DNA from: Candidatus Multivoradales bacterium
GTDB lineage: Bacteria; Acidobacteriota; Thermoanaerobaculia; Multivoradales; Multivoraceae
Assembly: GCA_965223325.1 (NCBI GenBank)
Contig: CBDCWI010000002.1
Span: 1,152,001 to 1,216,000, forward strand
Length of the DNA: 64,000 bases
Direction: 5' to 3'
Shown: positions 8,899 to 18,674 of the stretch, piece after piece
Position numbering within the stretch: position 1 is the first letter of the stretch
Layout of the letters: the number at the start of each line of letters is the position of its first letter
The notes under the pieces: model-generated
What the model was told of the DNA's origin: nothing
The model's database searches: none
The model's input: only the letters and a program-made list of their open reading frames with translations
Made by a program: the position numbers and the translations under genes

Positions 8899-9492
8899 TC
8901 AGTCGGAGCCGCGTTCGCGACGCGCTTTGCGCTCGAGGGCTTCTAGCTTGCCCGGCCCCTCTTCGAGGAAGCGCAACATCGCCTCCTTCGAAAGAATGCC
9001 CTGCTCGGTCACGGCGTAGCCCCGGTCGGGCCTGGCAACCACCATGGTCGGGAAGCCAGTGATCAGAAAACGCATCTGAACTCGGTCGACGTCGCTGCTA
9101 TTGCGACCGTCCTCACGGACCCGATCCAGCACCTCCACCGGTACAAAATGCTTCTGCAGCCTCCGGGCGACCGCCTCGCTGTTGAACACATCATCCTTGA
9201 GGGCATGGCAGGGACCGCACCATTCAGCAGTGAAGAAATAGAGCACCAGGCGGCCCGTTTCGCGCGCCTCTTCTTCGCCGTCAGAGACCGTCCGCCAGGC
9301 GACCCGAGAGACCGGTTGGGGTTCCGCCCAGGTCTGCCGCTCCCACGACCGCTCCTGTGCTTGAGCAGGAAATGACAAGACGAATCCTGTGAACAACAGG
9401 CATGACAGGACTCCTCTCGCTGAAATGTGCGCTTTGCGCTCTGGATGCTTGACCATGGTACGTATCGCCGTTAGCGTATTTACTCCTTCCAC
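8899..9492 (-). CDS. Exported thioredoxin-family protein
   Basis: Signal-like segment, FTAEWCGPC active site, GFPT cis-Pro loop; start uncertain. Confidence 0.85.
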   Translation of the reverse strand: MEGVNTLTAIRTMVKHPERKAHISARGVLSCLLFTGFVLSFPAQAQERSWERQTWAEPQPVSRVAWRTVSDGEEEARETGRLVLYFFTAEWCGPCHALKDDVFNSEAVARRLQKHFVPVEVLDRVREDGRNSSDVDRVQMRFLITGFPTMVVARPDRGYAVTEQGILSKEAMLRFLEEGPGKLEALERKARRERGSD

Positions 9493-9644
9493 CGACAGCC
9501 CGCTCTCGGACTTGCTACGTGGTGCCGCTCAGTCCGCGGTCTCGACCGGCTCATCGCCGGACGTTATCGCAACGCCTGGAGACACTCCGCAGCGCGTTCC
9601 GTCGAACGGATCCTATTACGACGAGTATTCCTGGAGGAATCCCC

Positions 9645-10601
9645 ATGCTTTCAAAGTCCAAGATCGAGATTCTCGTTCTGGCCCTGGTCGCTCTGCTGGT
9701 CGCTGTACCGGCAGCAGCGCAAGAAGACGAAGAGTTCCCGCCCAACGCTGAAGCCGGCAAGTGCTACGCCAAGTGCGTCATCCCGGCTCAGTACGAGACC
9801 TACACCGAGCAGGTTCTCAAGAAAGACGCCGCCAAGCGGCTCGAGGTCGTTCCGGCGACCTACGAGACCGTCACCGAGCAGGTCGTCACCCGCGAAGCGT
9901 CCTCACGCCTCGAGGTGGTCCCTGCCCAGTACGAGAACGTCACCGAGCAGGTGATGATCAAGCCTGCCAGCAGCCGGGTCGAGGTCGTTCCGGCGACCTA
10001 CGAGACGGTCACCGAAACCGTCACCGTGTCGCCTGCCAGCACCCGCTGGGAAAAGACCAGGGGCGACGCTTCCTGCCTGTCGGCCAACCCCGAAGATTGC
10101 CGCGTCTGGTGCCTGGTCACCGTTCCGGCAGTCACTCGTACGGTCAGCAAGCGGGTCCTCAAGACCCCGGCCACCACTCGTGAAATCGAGATCCCGGCCG
10201 AGTACAAGACGGTCACCCGTCGCGTCGTCAAGGTTCCGGCTTCGACCCGCACGGTCGAGATCCCGGCCGAGTACGGCACCATCACCAAGACGGTGCTCAA
10301 GAGCCCGGCAACCACTCGCGAGATCGAGATCCCGGCCGAGTACCAGACGGTCACCCGCACACGTCAGGTGTCGGCCGCTGGTTCGACCGAGTGGCGTGAG
10401 GTCCTCTGCGCTGCCGACATCACCCAGGCACGCATTCGTACCATCCAGCGCGCGCTCAAAGAACGCGGCTACGACCCGGGGCCGATCGACAACATCCTCG
10501 GCTCCCAGACCCGCGCCGCGCTCCTGCGCTTCCAGCGCGACAACAAGCTGCCGGAAGGCAGTCTTGACCTCGAAACTCTAAAGGCGCTCGGCGTCAACTG
10601 A
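9645..10601 (+). CDS. Secreted beta-repeat protein with C-terminal peptidoglycan-binding domain
   Basis: GGAGG RBS before ATG 9645; signal peptide; ~24-aa repeats (VPATYETVTEQV / IPAEYKTVTRRV); PG_binding_1-like IQRALKERGYDPGPIDNILGSQTRAALLRFQ. Confidence 0.88.
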   Translation: MLSKSKIEILVLALVALLVAVPAAAQEDEEFPPNAEAGKCYAKCVIPAQYETYTEQVLKKDAAKRLEVVPATYETVTEQVVTREASSRLEVVPAQYENVTEQVMIKPASSRVEVVPATYETVTETVTVSPASTRWEKTRGDASCLSANPEDCRVWCLVTVPAVTRTVSKRVLKTPATTREIEIPAEYKTVTRRVVKVPASTRTVEIPAEYGTITKTVLKSPATTREIEIPAEYQTVTRTRQVSAAGSTEWREVLCAADITQARIRTIQRALKERGYDPGPIDNILGSQTRAALLRFQRDNKLPEGSLDLETLKALGVN

Positions 10602-10643
10602 GTTCGTCTCACATTCGAGACCCGCGCTTCGCGGGTCCAGAGG

Positions 10644-10681
10644 AGAGGGATGACCCCGAAACGGGTCATCCCTTTCTTTTT
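10644..10681 (+). terminator. Intrinsic terminator
   Basis: AGGGATGACCC-CGAAAC-GGGTCATCCCT followed by TTCTTTTT; a second hairpin GACCCGC/GCGGGTC precedes it at 10619-10637. Confidence 0.85.
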
Positions 10682-10703
10682 GCCCCTCCCGGTTCTGTCG
10701 CTC

Positions 10704-11918
10704 TCACGGCGGCGAATCGAGAAGCTCGAGGAGCCGTTCATCCATCCTCGAAGCGCGTTCTCGCCAGGCGAAGCGGCGGCGCACGGCGGCGCGGATGGAG
10801 GGCTCTTCCTTCTCCCAGCGGCGCTCGGCCGCCACCATTTCGAGATGATCCGCGAGCACCCGGGCCAGTGCAACATCGTTGGGCGGGCCCTCGGGCACCG
10901 GGTAGAGGTAGGAGCCCGGCGCCCCTGGCAGACCCTCGACCAGCTCGGGGTAGGAGAGTCGCGCCGGCAGGACCGGCAGGCAGCCCGCAGCCATCGCCTC
11001 GACGACGGCGATACCGAAAAACTCGTGATCGGCAGTCGAGACGAAGACGCTGGCGCCAAGCAAACAGCGCCAATAGTCGTCGCGCGAGGCCTGAAAGCCC
11101 CAATGTCGAATGCAGCCTTCGAACTCCTTGCGGGCCTCGTCAAAGACCGGCGGCACCTGAGGAAAAGACTGGCCCAGCACCGACACCCGAAAGTCGACGC
11201 CCCTCCGGCGCAGCTCGCGCAGCGCCAGAAAGAACGCAGCCGGGTTCTTGTCGAACTCCCAGCGCGCCGCCCACAGGATCTCGATCGGTCCGCCGGCGGA
11301 GGTACCGGCGGCATGAACCTCGGCCTCGATCTCGGTGGGTGGCAGCGAAACTCCCGGGTACTCGACGCGTGACCGTTCCAGGAGACCGTGCTCGAGCCCT
11401 CCCGGGCGGGGCTTGGGCATGCGCCCGACGAAACGGGCCGCGGCAGCGACAAAGTCATCGCGGTGAAAGGCCGAGTTCCACCACACTTCCCGCGCTGCGA
11501 GCGCACTGGTGAGGTTGGTCAACCCGAAGTGGGCGTCGCGCTCCCTCGTCTCGTCCTGGTCTCGGCCCACTTCGAGCTCACCGCGGGGGCGCACCGGATA
11601 GGTGAACTGATTCTCGTGGAAGTAGATGACCGCCGGCAGGTCGCGAAAAGGCGCCGGCGCGATACCTCTAAAGCACGCCAGGTCGAGCATGTCGGAGCAA
11701 AAGAGAACATCGAAGGCTTCCGCGGCCAAACCCTCGAGCTCGGCGACCGCCGCCAGCGGACCGCTTCGCATGCGCCACTTCCACTGCCGCGCCGGCAATC
11801 CCAGCACCTCGAACCGATGCCGGCTGTGCTCTATCCAGCCGTCGAGAAAGGCCCGGTGACTACCACCGTAGAAGGGCTCGAGCGCCAGGACAGAGAGCGC
11901 AGTCAGGGAGGCTGCCAC
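10704..11918 (-). CDS. DUF3524/GT4 glycosyltransferase (GTDC1/QTMAN-like)
   Basis: LEPFYGGSH, LPARQWKWRMR, YFHENQFTYP, RWEFDKNP, STADHEFFGIAVVEA, RLSYPEL motifs. Confidence 0.9.
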   Translation of the reverse strand: MAASLTALSVLALEPFYGGSHRAFLDGWIEHSRHRFEVLGLPARQWKWRMRSGPLAAVAELEGLAAEAFDVLFCSDMLDLACFRGIAPAPFRDLPAVIYFHENQFTYPVRPRGELEVGRDQDETRERDAHFGLTNLTSALAAREVWWNSAFHRDDFVAAAARFVGRMPKPRPGGLEHGLLERSRVEYPGVSLPPTEIEAEVHAAGTSAGGPIEILWAARWEFDKNPAAFFLALRELRRRGVDFRVSVLGQSFPQVPPVFDEARKEFEGCIRHWGFQASRDDYWRCLLGASVFVSTADHEFFGIAVVEAMAAGCLPVLPARLSYPELVEGLPGAPGSYLYPVPEGPPNDVALARVLADHLEMVAAERRWEKEEPSIRAAVRRRFAWRERASRMDERLLELLDSPP

Positions 11919-13051
11919 CCTGCCGGAGGCGTGAAGTAGATGCGCAGTTCGGCCTCCCGAGGTTCGGTCGTGCTGTTGTTTCTAAACGCTGTCGCGATGA
12001 GCAGGCCCCCGTCGGTGATCGTCTCGACCCACGGTAGGTCGATGAAGGAAGCGCCTCCGATCGGGCATTCGTCGGTGCCGAGGCAGTCGCCATCTCCGGT
12101 CGAGTCGCCGGCGCGCGTGCGGTAGCCAATGAAGCGCGCTCCGCGCGGCAGTGCCACCATCAGCATCGGACAGCTCTGAGCGCTCGCTAGGTACGGACCG
12201 ATGTGCTGTGCAAGGGCCTGGCCCCCAGGGACACCGGCGATGACCTCCAGCAAGTCCGGGTGGTCGGCGTCCTGCACCGGACCGGCAAACGACGCAAAAC
12301 TCTCGCTGTCGACTTCTTCGAGCAACGCAAGGGCTTCGCCGAGAATCGCCTCGAGGTCTCCTGGGCAGGGTTGTCCGGGTGAGCGGGCCGGCACCTGGAC
12401 GAGGCTGGAAGCTGTCCACTCTGAAGCCGCGCATTCCAGGCACGCCTCCGCCGGTGCGACACGCTGAGCCCTGGGGGGAGCAGGAGGCGGGGCTTCCGGC
12501 TCTACGAGTCGCGCCCGGTCACGCCCCGCCCTGGGCTCGGCCGCTTCGCTCTCCACTACTCGCGCCATGTCTCCCTTGGCGGCCCGGCGGGCGAGGCGCT
12601 CCTCCTGGCGACGCCGTCGCGCCTGCTCGCGCCGGGCGCGTTTCTGGTCCCCTCGATCGGCCACCATGACGCCGCCTTCGCCGGCTGCAAAGCTGACCTC
12701 GAGCGGTGCCCAAAAGGTGCCGGTGCGCTGCTTTGAGCTGAAACCGACCTCAGGGGGTTGCCCAACGCTGATCTTGATGTAGCCGGTGTAGAGCATGTAA
12801 CCCTCACGGCGGACATCGACCTGCCACTCGCCAGCCGCCAGGCCGTCAAAGGAGGCGCGGCCATCTTCTTCGGTCAGAGCGGACGTCGCCGGACCGGATT
12901 CCGATTGCAGAACGACCAGCGTCTGAGGAAGCCCAGCGCCGTTGTCGTCGGTGACCAGGACCCGGACGTCAATCTGGGCGCCCGCCATGCCTGCCCAGCT
13001 CATCGCCAGGGAGAGGTACACGACCGGAAGGAGGAACCACCGACGCTTCAC
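11903..13051 (-). CDS. Secreted protein: carboxypeptidase-regulatory-like beta-sandwich, basic helical linker, uncharacterised Cys-containing C-terminal domain
   Basis: Signal peptide; VTDDNGAGLP...TEEDGRASFDGLAAGEWQVDVRREGY pattern; overlaps both neighbours. Confidence 0.65.
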   Translation of the reverse strand: MKRRWFLLPVVYLSLAMSWAGMAGAQIDVRVLVTDDNGAGLPQTLVVLQSESGPATSALTEEDGRASFDGLAAGEWQVDVRREGYMLYTGYIKISVGQPPEVGFSSKQRTGTFWAPLEVSFAAGEGGVMVADRGDQKRARREQARRRRQEERLARRAAKGDMARVVESEAAEPRAGRDRARLVEPEAPPPAPPRAQRVAPAEACLECAASEWTASSLVQVPARSPGQPCPGDLEAILGEALALLEEVDSESFASFAGPVQDADHPDLLEVIAGVPGGQALAQHIGPYLASAQSCPMLMVALPRGARFIGYRTRAGDSTGDGDCLGTDECPIGGASFIDLPWVETITDGGLLIATAFRNNSTTEPREAELRIYFTPPAGWQPP

Positions 13052-13344
13052 GGTTGCTCTCTCGGTGGTGTCACGTTCTTCATCGGCGGGCGCTCGCCCA
13101 CCGGCTGGTGACTCGCATCCTGGCCAGAGGCTTGCTGGCCGCCGGGAGACATTTCTTCATCGCCGGGCTGGCGACGAGCGGCCAGGAAGGTCAGCACCAT
13201 CAGGATCGCCTCGTCAACGAACGGCAGTGGATCGGGAACCAGCATGTCGACCACCAAAAGGACCAGCAGGAAGCCGAACAGCTGCCGCGAACTCAAGCGC
13301 ATGAGCATGCGACGACCGACCTCCATGAGACCGCGACCCGCCAT
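13048..13344 (-). CDS. DUF6116-like small membrane protein
   Basis: LLVVDMLVPDPLPFVDEAIL motif; tightly coupled to neighbours. Confidence 0.75.
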   Translation of the reverse strand: MAGRGLMEVGRRMLMRLSSRQLFGFLLVLLVVDMLVPDPLPFVDEAILMVLTFLAARRQPGDEEMSPGGQQASGQDASHQPVGERPPMKNVTPPREQP

Positions 13345-13782
13345 CTAGGACACCGCCCTCTTCTCGGACCCACGAGTCGACCGGTCCTTCTTCCTGACGA
13401 CGAATTTGAGGCCCGACCAGACGTCGTCGACCGCGCACACCTTGACATCGACCAGACCATGCTCCAGACCGACCTCCCGTACCACCCCGCCGCTGAGGTC
13501 AGTGGACACCCCCGACGACTTCTTGGGCCAGCTGATCCACAGCATGCCCTCGGGAAAGATCGCGCGCGCCATTGCCGGAAAGCGCTTCTCGAGCTTCGCG
13601 CGCCGCAGCGCGAAGTGGTGAACGAAGTCACGCCCGCCGCGCAGATCGCTTGCAACCTGAGACCGCCCGGGAAGAGGACCTAGAGACTTCAGGAAGCCGG
13701 GAGGGGCATCGAGAATCGCGACGCGGTCGCCTTCCTTGATGCCTAGTTTGGCGATCAACGGTCGTTGTGAGTAACCGGCCAA
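13345..13782 (-). CDS. DUF3052-family protein
   Basis: Start re-assigned to TTG 13782 giving (M)AGYSQRPLIAKLGIK; WISWPKKSSGVSTDL and GLVDVKVCAVDDVWSGLKFVVR motifs. Confidence 0.85.
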   Translation of the reverse strand: MAGYSQRPLIAKLGIKEGDRVAILDAPPGFLKSLGPLPGRSQVASDLRGGRDFVHHFALRRAKLEKRFPAMARAIFPEGMLWISWPKKSSGVSTDLSGGVVREVGLEHGLVDVKVCAVDDVWSGLKFVVRKKDRSTRGSEKRAVS

Positions 13783-13811
13783 GTTCGGTCTTTGCCCCTT
13801 TGCTCCTGAGG

Positions 13812-14942
13812 TCAAACCAGTTCGTCGATGTATTTGTCGCGCGCCAGGCGCCAGAAGACCACCAGGAAGGCGGTCAACGGAATCGCGAGGACCATCCCCG
13901 AGATACCACCGAGTGCGGATCCCCAGAAGAATACCGCCACGATGATCGCCATGGGGTGCAGGCCGGTGCGGTCGCCCATGATCTTGGGTGTCAATAGATA
14001 ACCTTCGATCATCTGCACGATGGTGAACACCGCTAGCACGCCGCCAACCAACCACCAGCCGCCGCCGTCCTGGAAGAAGCCGAGCGGTAGCGCAATGCCC
14101 AGGCCGACGATGCTGCCGAGGTAGGGAATGATGTTCATGAAGCCGAGCGTCAGGCCCAGAACCAGCCCATAGCGCAGGCCCAACAAGCTGAAGCCGAGCG
14201 CAAACAGGCAGCCCTGCATGAAGGCCACGATGATCTGGCCGCGAAAGAAGGCGACCAGAATGTTGACGAACTCGGTCACCAGGTAGACGACGTCTTTGCG
14301 GGTCTCGGCCTTGAGAAACGGCAACAGACCGTCGAGGTGTTGGGGACGCATCAGGTCGGCCATCAGAAAGAACGCCAGGTAGACCGGCAGGACAGCCCAG
14401 GTGATGACGGTCCCGACCGTGCCAAACACGCGACCGACGATGCTGAAAGCCTGATTACCGACGTCGCCCAGGCTGCCGACGACCTTCTCGCGGTTCCCTT
14501 CGAAGGTGTCTTTGAGGACCTGACCCCAGGGGGATTCCTCGAAGAAGGCGAGAACCCTCGGCCAGCGTTCCTGGACGGCATTGCGCGCCGACTGCCACCA
14601 CTCCGGTGCGCGTTCGACGGCATCCGTGATCTGTTCGATGGCAATCGCACCGAAGAAGCCGAGGAACGCGAGAACCGGGAAAAGAATCGACAAGAAAACG
14701 CCCGCTAGCGCCAGCGGCTTCGGCACACGGCGTTCCAGCGCCTCATAGAAGGGCTTGAGGACCAACGCCATCACACCCGCTGTCGCCAGCGGCAGGAAAA
14801 CGTTCGAGAAACGAACGAAGAACAACCCGAGCAAGTAGAAGATCGCGGCAACGAAGCACACAATGACGAAGACAGCGATGATGGTCATCGCCGCCCCGAG
14901 GGTGGCCTTCTGACGATCACTCATTCCCAAGCCAAACGGCAT
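13812..14942 (-). CDS. AI-2E family transporter
   Basis: Multi-TM; FFRGQ, NIIPYLG, QMIEGYLLTPKIMGDRTGLHP, GMVLAIPLTA. Confidence 0.92.
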   Translation of the reverse strand: MPFGLGMSDRQKATLGAAMTIIAVFVIVCFVAAIFYLLGLFFVRFSNVFLPLATAGVMALVLKPFYEALERRVPKPLALAGVFLSILFPVLAFLGFFGAIAIEQITDAVERAPEWWQSARNAVQERWPRVLAFFEESPWGQVLKDTFEGNREKVVGSLGDVGNQAFSIVGRVFGTVGTVITWAVLPVYLAFFLMADLMRPQHLDGLLPFLKAETRKDVVYLVTEFVNILVAFFRGQIIVAFMQGCLFALGFSLLGLRYGLVLGLTLGFMNIIPYLGSIVGLGIALPLGFFQDGGGWWLVGGVLAVFTIVQMIEGYLLTPKIMGDRTGLHPMAIIVAVFFWGSALGGISGMVLAIPLTAFLVVFWRLARDKYIDELV

Positions 14943-15100
14943 ACTCAGTTTCCTCTCAGGGTCACCTGGAAGTCAGGCGGATGACGCGGCGGATACGATG
15001 ACCGAGCGTCACCCATTCGTTCCAAGACTAGCGCCCCGCGGCGAGAACGGAGCACCAACCAGCCACGAGAAGGTGCTCAGAAGACCGAAGAAGAGACTCC

Positions 15101-15916
15101 GTGCCGCTTCACCAACTCCTCCTCCTGGCCGCAGTCGGCGTCGTCGCTGGCACGCTGAACGTGCTCGCCGGCGGTGGTTCGCTGCTCACGCTGCCGGTTC
15201 TGGTGTTTTTCGGACTTCCCGCGGGCGTTGCCAACGGCACCAATCGCATCGGCATCCTGCTCCAGAACATCGTCGCCTCCTGGAGTTTCCGAAGAAGCAA
15301 CGTGCTGGTGGCAGGCGACGTCTGGTGGATGGTCGTTCCCGCGACGCTCGGCGCCGGCCTGGGAACTCTCCTGGCGCTCGAGATCGGCGATCAGGCACTG
15401 CTTCGCCTGCTGCCCTGGCTGATGGTGGGAGTCGTCATGGCCACCCTGCTCTGGGATCCGGCCAAGAAGAACACCAGGTCCACCGCAAAGGCTGGTCGCG
15501 AAGACCCCAGGGCTCTTGACGACACCGCGCATGCCGGGGTGACCGACAGCCAGGGTGGGGCGTCGCGCTTTGCCGTCGCGTTCGGCTTCTTCGTGGCGGG
15601 CGTCTACGGTGGCTTCATCCAGGCGGGCGTCGGCTTCCTGATCCTGGCGGTGATCTCACTGCTGGGTCTCGACCTGGTGCGCGGCAACGCCTTCAAGGTG
15701 GTGGTCGTCCTGGCGTTCACCTGCCTGTCGCTCTTCTTGTTCGCCGCCGACGGGCAGGTCCAGCTGGTCCCCGGTCTGGCGCTCGGCACCGGCACGATGC
15801 TCGGCGGCTTCCTGGGTGCTCGGCTGACGGTGCTCAAGGGGCACCGTTTCGTGCGGCTGGTGGTCGTTCTCACGGTGATCGCCTTTGCGGCTCGCCTGTG
15901 GTGGAGCGCACGTTGA
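15101..15916 (+). CDS. TauE/SafE (sulfite exporter) family membrane protein
   Basis: AGTLNVLAGGGSLLTLP, ANGTNR, GVYGGFIQAGVGF motifs. Confidence 0.92.
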   Translation: MPLHQLLLLAAVGVVAGTLNVLAGGGSLLTLPVLVFFGLPAGVANGTNRIGILLQNIVASWSFRRSNVLVAGDVWWMVVPATLGAGLGTLLALEIGDQALLRLLPWLMVGVVMATLLWDPAKKNTRSTAKAGREDPRALDDTAHAGVTDSQGGASRFAVAFGFFVAGVYGGFIQAGVGFLILAVISLLGLDLVRGNAFKVVVVLAFTCLSLFLFAADGQVQLVPGLALGTGTMLGGFLGARLTVLKGHRFVRLVVVLTVIAFAARLWWSAR

Positions 15917-16488
15917 GCACCAGTGGCCGCGAAGACACTGCGCCAGTCGAAGACACTGCGCCAGTCGAAGACACCATGCACCACGAAGACACCGTGCACG
16001 ATGAAGACTCGGTGCTGCGCGCTGGGCAGCTCTCCGCCGGCTCACTCGAGGAGCTGTTCTCGGGCTACGGACTCCTGGTGCGCTGGGTAGCACCCGATGA
16101 GGACATCCCGGGCAGCTACTGGGGCGCTCCCGAGGCCGGCCTGCTCGGCAACGTCCTGTGGGTGCGCGCCGACACGCCGGTGCACTCCGCACTCCACGAA
16201 GGCTGCCACTGGATCTGCATGGATGAGCAAAGGCGACGCCATCTCGACACCGATGCCGGTGGAACGGAAATCGAGGAGTCCGGCGTCTGCTATCTGCAGA
16301 TCTTGCTTGCCGACTCTCTCGACGGCGTCGGCAGCGCGCGCCTGCAGGCCGATATGGACGCCTGGGGCTACAGTTTCCGGCTTGGCAGCACCCGCCGTTG
16401 GTTCCTGGAAGATGCCGAAGATGCGCGCCTTTGGCTCCATTTACGCGACCTCCTGCCTGGTGCACCACTTGTTGACGAAGATTCGTAG
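15913..16488 (+). CDS. Conserved hypothetical protein with HExxH motif
   Basis: IPGSYWGAPEAGL, VHSALHEGCHWICM, DMDAWGYSFRLGS; TTG 15913 overlaps the upstream TGA; start uncertain. Confidence 0.75.
   Translation: MSTSGREDTAPVEDTAPVEDTMHHEDTVHDEDSVLRAGQLSAGSLEELFSGYGLLVRWVAPDEDIPGSYWGAPEAGLLGNVLWVRADTPVHSALHEGCHWICMDEQRRRHLDTDAGGTEIEESGVCYLQILLADSLDGVGSARLQADMDAWGYSFRLGSTRRWFLEDAEDARLWLHLRDLLPGAPLVDEDS
15931..16014 (+). repeat. 18-bp in-frame tandem repeat, 5 degenerating units
   Basis: GAAGAC starts at 15931, 15949, 15967, 15985 and 16003; the first two units are identical (GAAGACACTGCGCCAGTC). Confidence 0.85.
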
Positions 16489-16613
16489 ATCGACTTAAAC
16501 AGCTGTATGGCTATTTGCGGCTACCGCCTTTGAGTTGTCGGATCGTGCTGCATTCGATATAAAGCTGGCTATTCCTTTTCTTCGTCCCCAAAGCCCTCAG
16601 GAGTCCGACTGCC

Positions 16614-17918
16614 GTGACGCCTCCCCCCGTCGACCGAGAATGGGTCGACGACCCAGCCCCCGTGGCCACCGTCACTGGCAGCCACGGCATCATCGCCGAC
16701 TCGGTGCCCGAGTTCGGCCAGGCGGCGGAGTACATCGTCAGGCGCTTCCTCGCACGCAAGGGCTTCGAGCGCGAGAAACAGCGCGAGCTGTCGGGCGCGG
16801 TTCGACTCGGTGCACAGAACCGCATTCCGTTGCTCGACAACGCGTCTCTCTTGCGGGTCATCGGCTTCACCCTCCTGGGACTGGGAATCGTGCCGGTGTT
16901 TCGCCTCTGGGCGCAACCAGCGGAGGTGGCACAGTCCCTGTGGCTGCCCGCGGCACTCCTCTTGACGGTCTATCCGCTCGTCGTCCTGGCCGTCACCCGG
17001 AGCTTGATCAACACGCCCGACGAGCGCGAACCTGTCTGGCTGCTGCTCTCAGATACCGCGATGGTCACTCTCGCCATTCACATGCTCGGCGGGCCGACCG
17101 GCGGTCTGTTCTGGCTAGGACTTGTGCTGGTGGCGACCCAGGTCGGCATGTCGTGGCGACGGACCGCAATTGCAGCCGCCCTGGTTCTGTCGGCCCACCT
17201 CGGGCTCACTGTTTGGGGAAGTCCTGCGCCAGCCGACGCGCAAGAAGTCGCCTGGCGTGCGCTGATCATTGCCTTCGGCGGCCTCTACCTCACCGCCGGC
17301 AGCGCGATCGTCGACCGACGCCGACGGGCCGGCGACGCGGCGATCGAAATCGCCCGGCTGACGATCGCCGACCTCGAACGTGAGTCCGTCGAACTACGCG
17401 AAGCTCGTGAGCGCTGGCGCAACGAAGCGCTGCACGATCCGCTCACCGGGCTGCTCAATCGCAAGGGCATTCTCGACCGGGTCGACCGCGGACTGCGGCG
17501 GGCAGTTTCGAGTGGCATCCCGTTCGCTATCGCCGCGATCGACATCGACGGTTTCAAGCTCGTCAACGATCGCTTCGGCCATCTCGCTGGCGACGATGCA
17601 CTGCGCGGCGTCGCGCGCGCCATCCTCGGCACCGCACGACCGTTCGATGCCGTCGGACGGCTAGGCGGCGATGAGTTGTTGATCGCCCTCCCCAACTGCG
17701 ACGGCGAAGGCGCTGCGGCGCTTGCCGAACGGCTGGGGCAGTCGGTGCGCGCGCTCGGCGTGGCAGCGCGAGGTCCGGCTTCGATCACTCTCAGCATCGG
17801 GGTCAGCGAGGTACGCCCCGACGACAGCGGCGCCATCGATCAGCTGCTCGACCGAGCGGACCGGGCGCTCTACGAAGCCAAGAACGCCGGCGGCGACTGC
17901 GTTCGCTCGGCACCCTGA
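16614..17918 (+). CDS. Membrane-bound diguanylate cyclase (GGDEF)
   Basis: About 6 TM helices, coiled coil, HDPLTGLLNR, DIDGFKLVNDRFGHLAGD, RPFD I-site, GGDEL. Confidence 0.9.
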   Translation: MTPPPVDREWVDDPAPVATVTGSHGIIADSVPEFGQAAEYIVRRFLARKGFEREKQRELSGAVRLGAQNRIPLLDNASLLRVIGFTLLGLGIVPVFRLWAQPAEVAQSLWLPAALLLTVYPLVVLAVTRSLINTPDEREPVWLLLSDTAMVTLAIHMLGGPTGGLFWLGLVLVATQVGMSWRRTAIAAALVLSAHLGLTVWGSPAPADAQEVAWRALIIAFGGLYLTAGSAIVDRRRRAGDAAIEIARLTIADLERESVELREARERWRNEALHDPLTGLLNRKGILDRVDRGLRRAVSSGIPFAIAAIDIDGFKLVNDRFGHLAGDDALRGVARAILGTARPFDAVGRLGGDELLIALPNCDGEGAAALAERLGQSVRALGVAARGPASITLSIGVSEVRPDDSGAIDQLLDRADRALYEAKNAGGDCVRSAP

Positions 17919-17953
17919 GGGCCCCCTTCGCGGCCCTCCTGTAGGCTGCGGTC

Positions 17954-18646
17954 ATGAAACCTTTCTCTGCTCGGTTGGCGATCGCGATCGCCTCACTCGG
18001 TGTGCTCGGCCTCCTGCTGGCGTTGCTCGGCGCCGCCACCGGAGTGCTGGCGCCCTTCGCAGCCTTTGGCCTGTTCTTCATGTCCTTGCTCCTCGGCCTG
18101 CCGGCCATCCTGGTCGGTCTGTTCGCCCTGTGGCGCTCGCGTCACCTCGAAAGCCCCGCTCGCGGTCGCGCCTTCCTTGCCATCGGCATGGGTCTGGCAC
18201 TCCTGGCAGCGATGATGGTGCTCGCCGCTCCGGCCGGCGAGTGGCCACCGATCCACGACATCACCACCAGCCCAGACCGCCCGCCGGTTTTCCAATCGGC
18301 AGCGCACGGTCCATGGCCTGTGGACGGCGAAGAGGCCAGGAAGCTCCACCTCGAGAACTACAAGCTAGCCCCGATCGACCTCTCCGTCGCACCCGACGCG
18401 GCGGTCGAGAGAGCCGTCAAAGCAGCCGAGTCCCTCGGCTGGACGGTCGTCGACCGCGGCGCCCTGCGGCTCGAAGCCCACGACACCAGCCGCGCCTTCC
18501 GCTTCGTCGACGACGTCGTGGTTGAGTTCGAACCGACGAGCGCGGGCACCCGCCTGCACGTACGCTCGACCTCTCGCGTAGGGCAGAGCGACCTCGGCGC
18601 CAACGCCGCACGCATCCGCCGGTTCGAAGCGGCGCTCAAGTCATGA
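17954..18646 (+). CDS. DUF1499-domain membrane protein
   Basis: PPIHDITT, FRFVDDVVV, VRSTSRVGQSDLGANAARI. Confidence 0.9.
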   Translation: MKPFSARLAIAIASLGVLGLLLALLGAATGVLAPFAAFGLFFMSLLLGLPAILVGLFALWRSRHLESPARGRAFLAIGMGLALLAAMMVLAAPAGEWPPIHDITTSPDRPPVFQSAAHGPWPVDGEEARKLHLENYKLAPIDLSVAPDAAVERAVKAAESLGWTVVDRGALRLEAHDTSRAFRFVDDVVVEFEPTSAGTRLHVRSTSRVGQSDLGANAARIRRFEAALKS

Positions 18647-18674
18647 ACGGTGAGCTAGGGCCTCAAACACTCTT

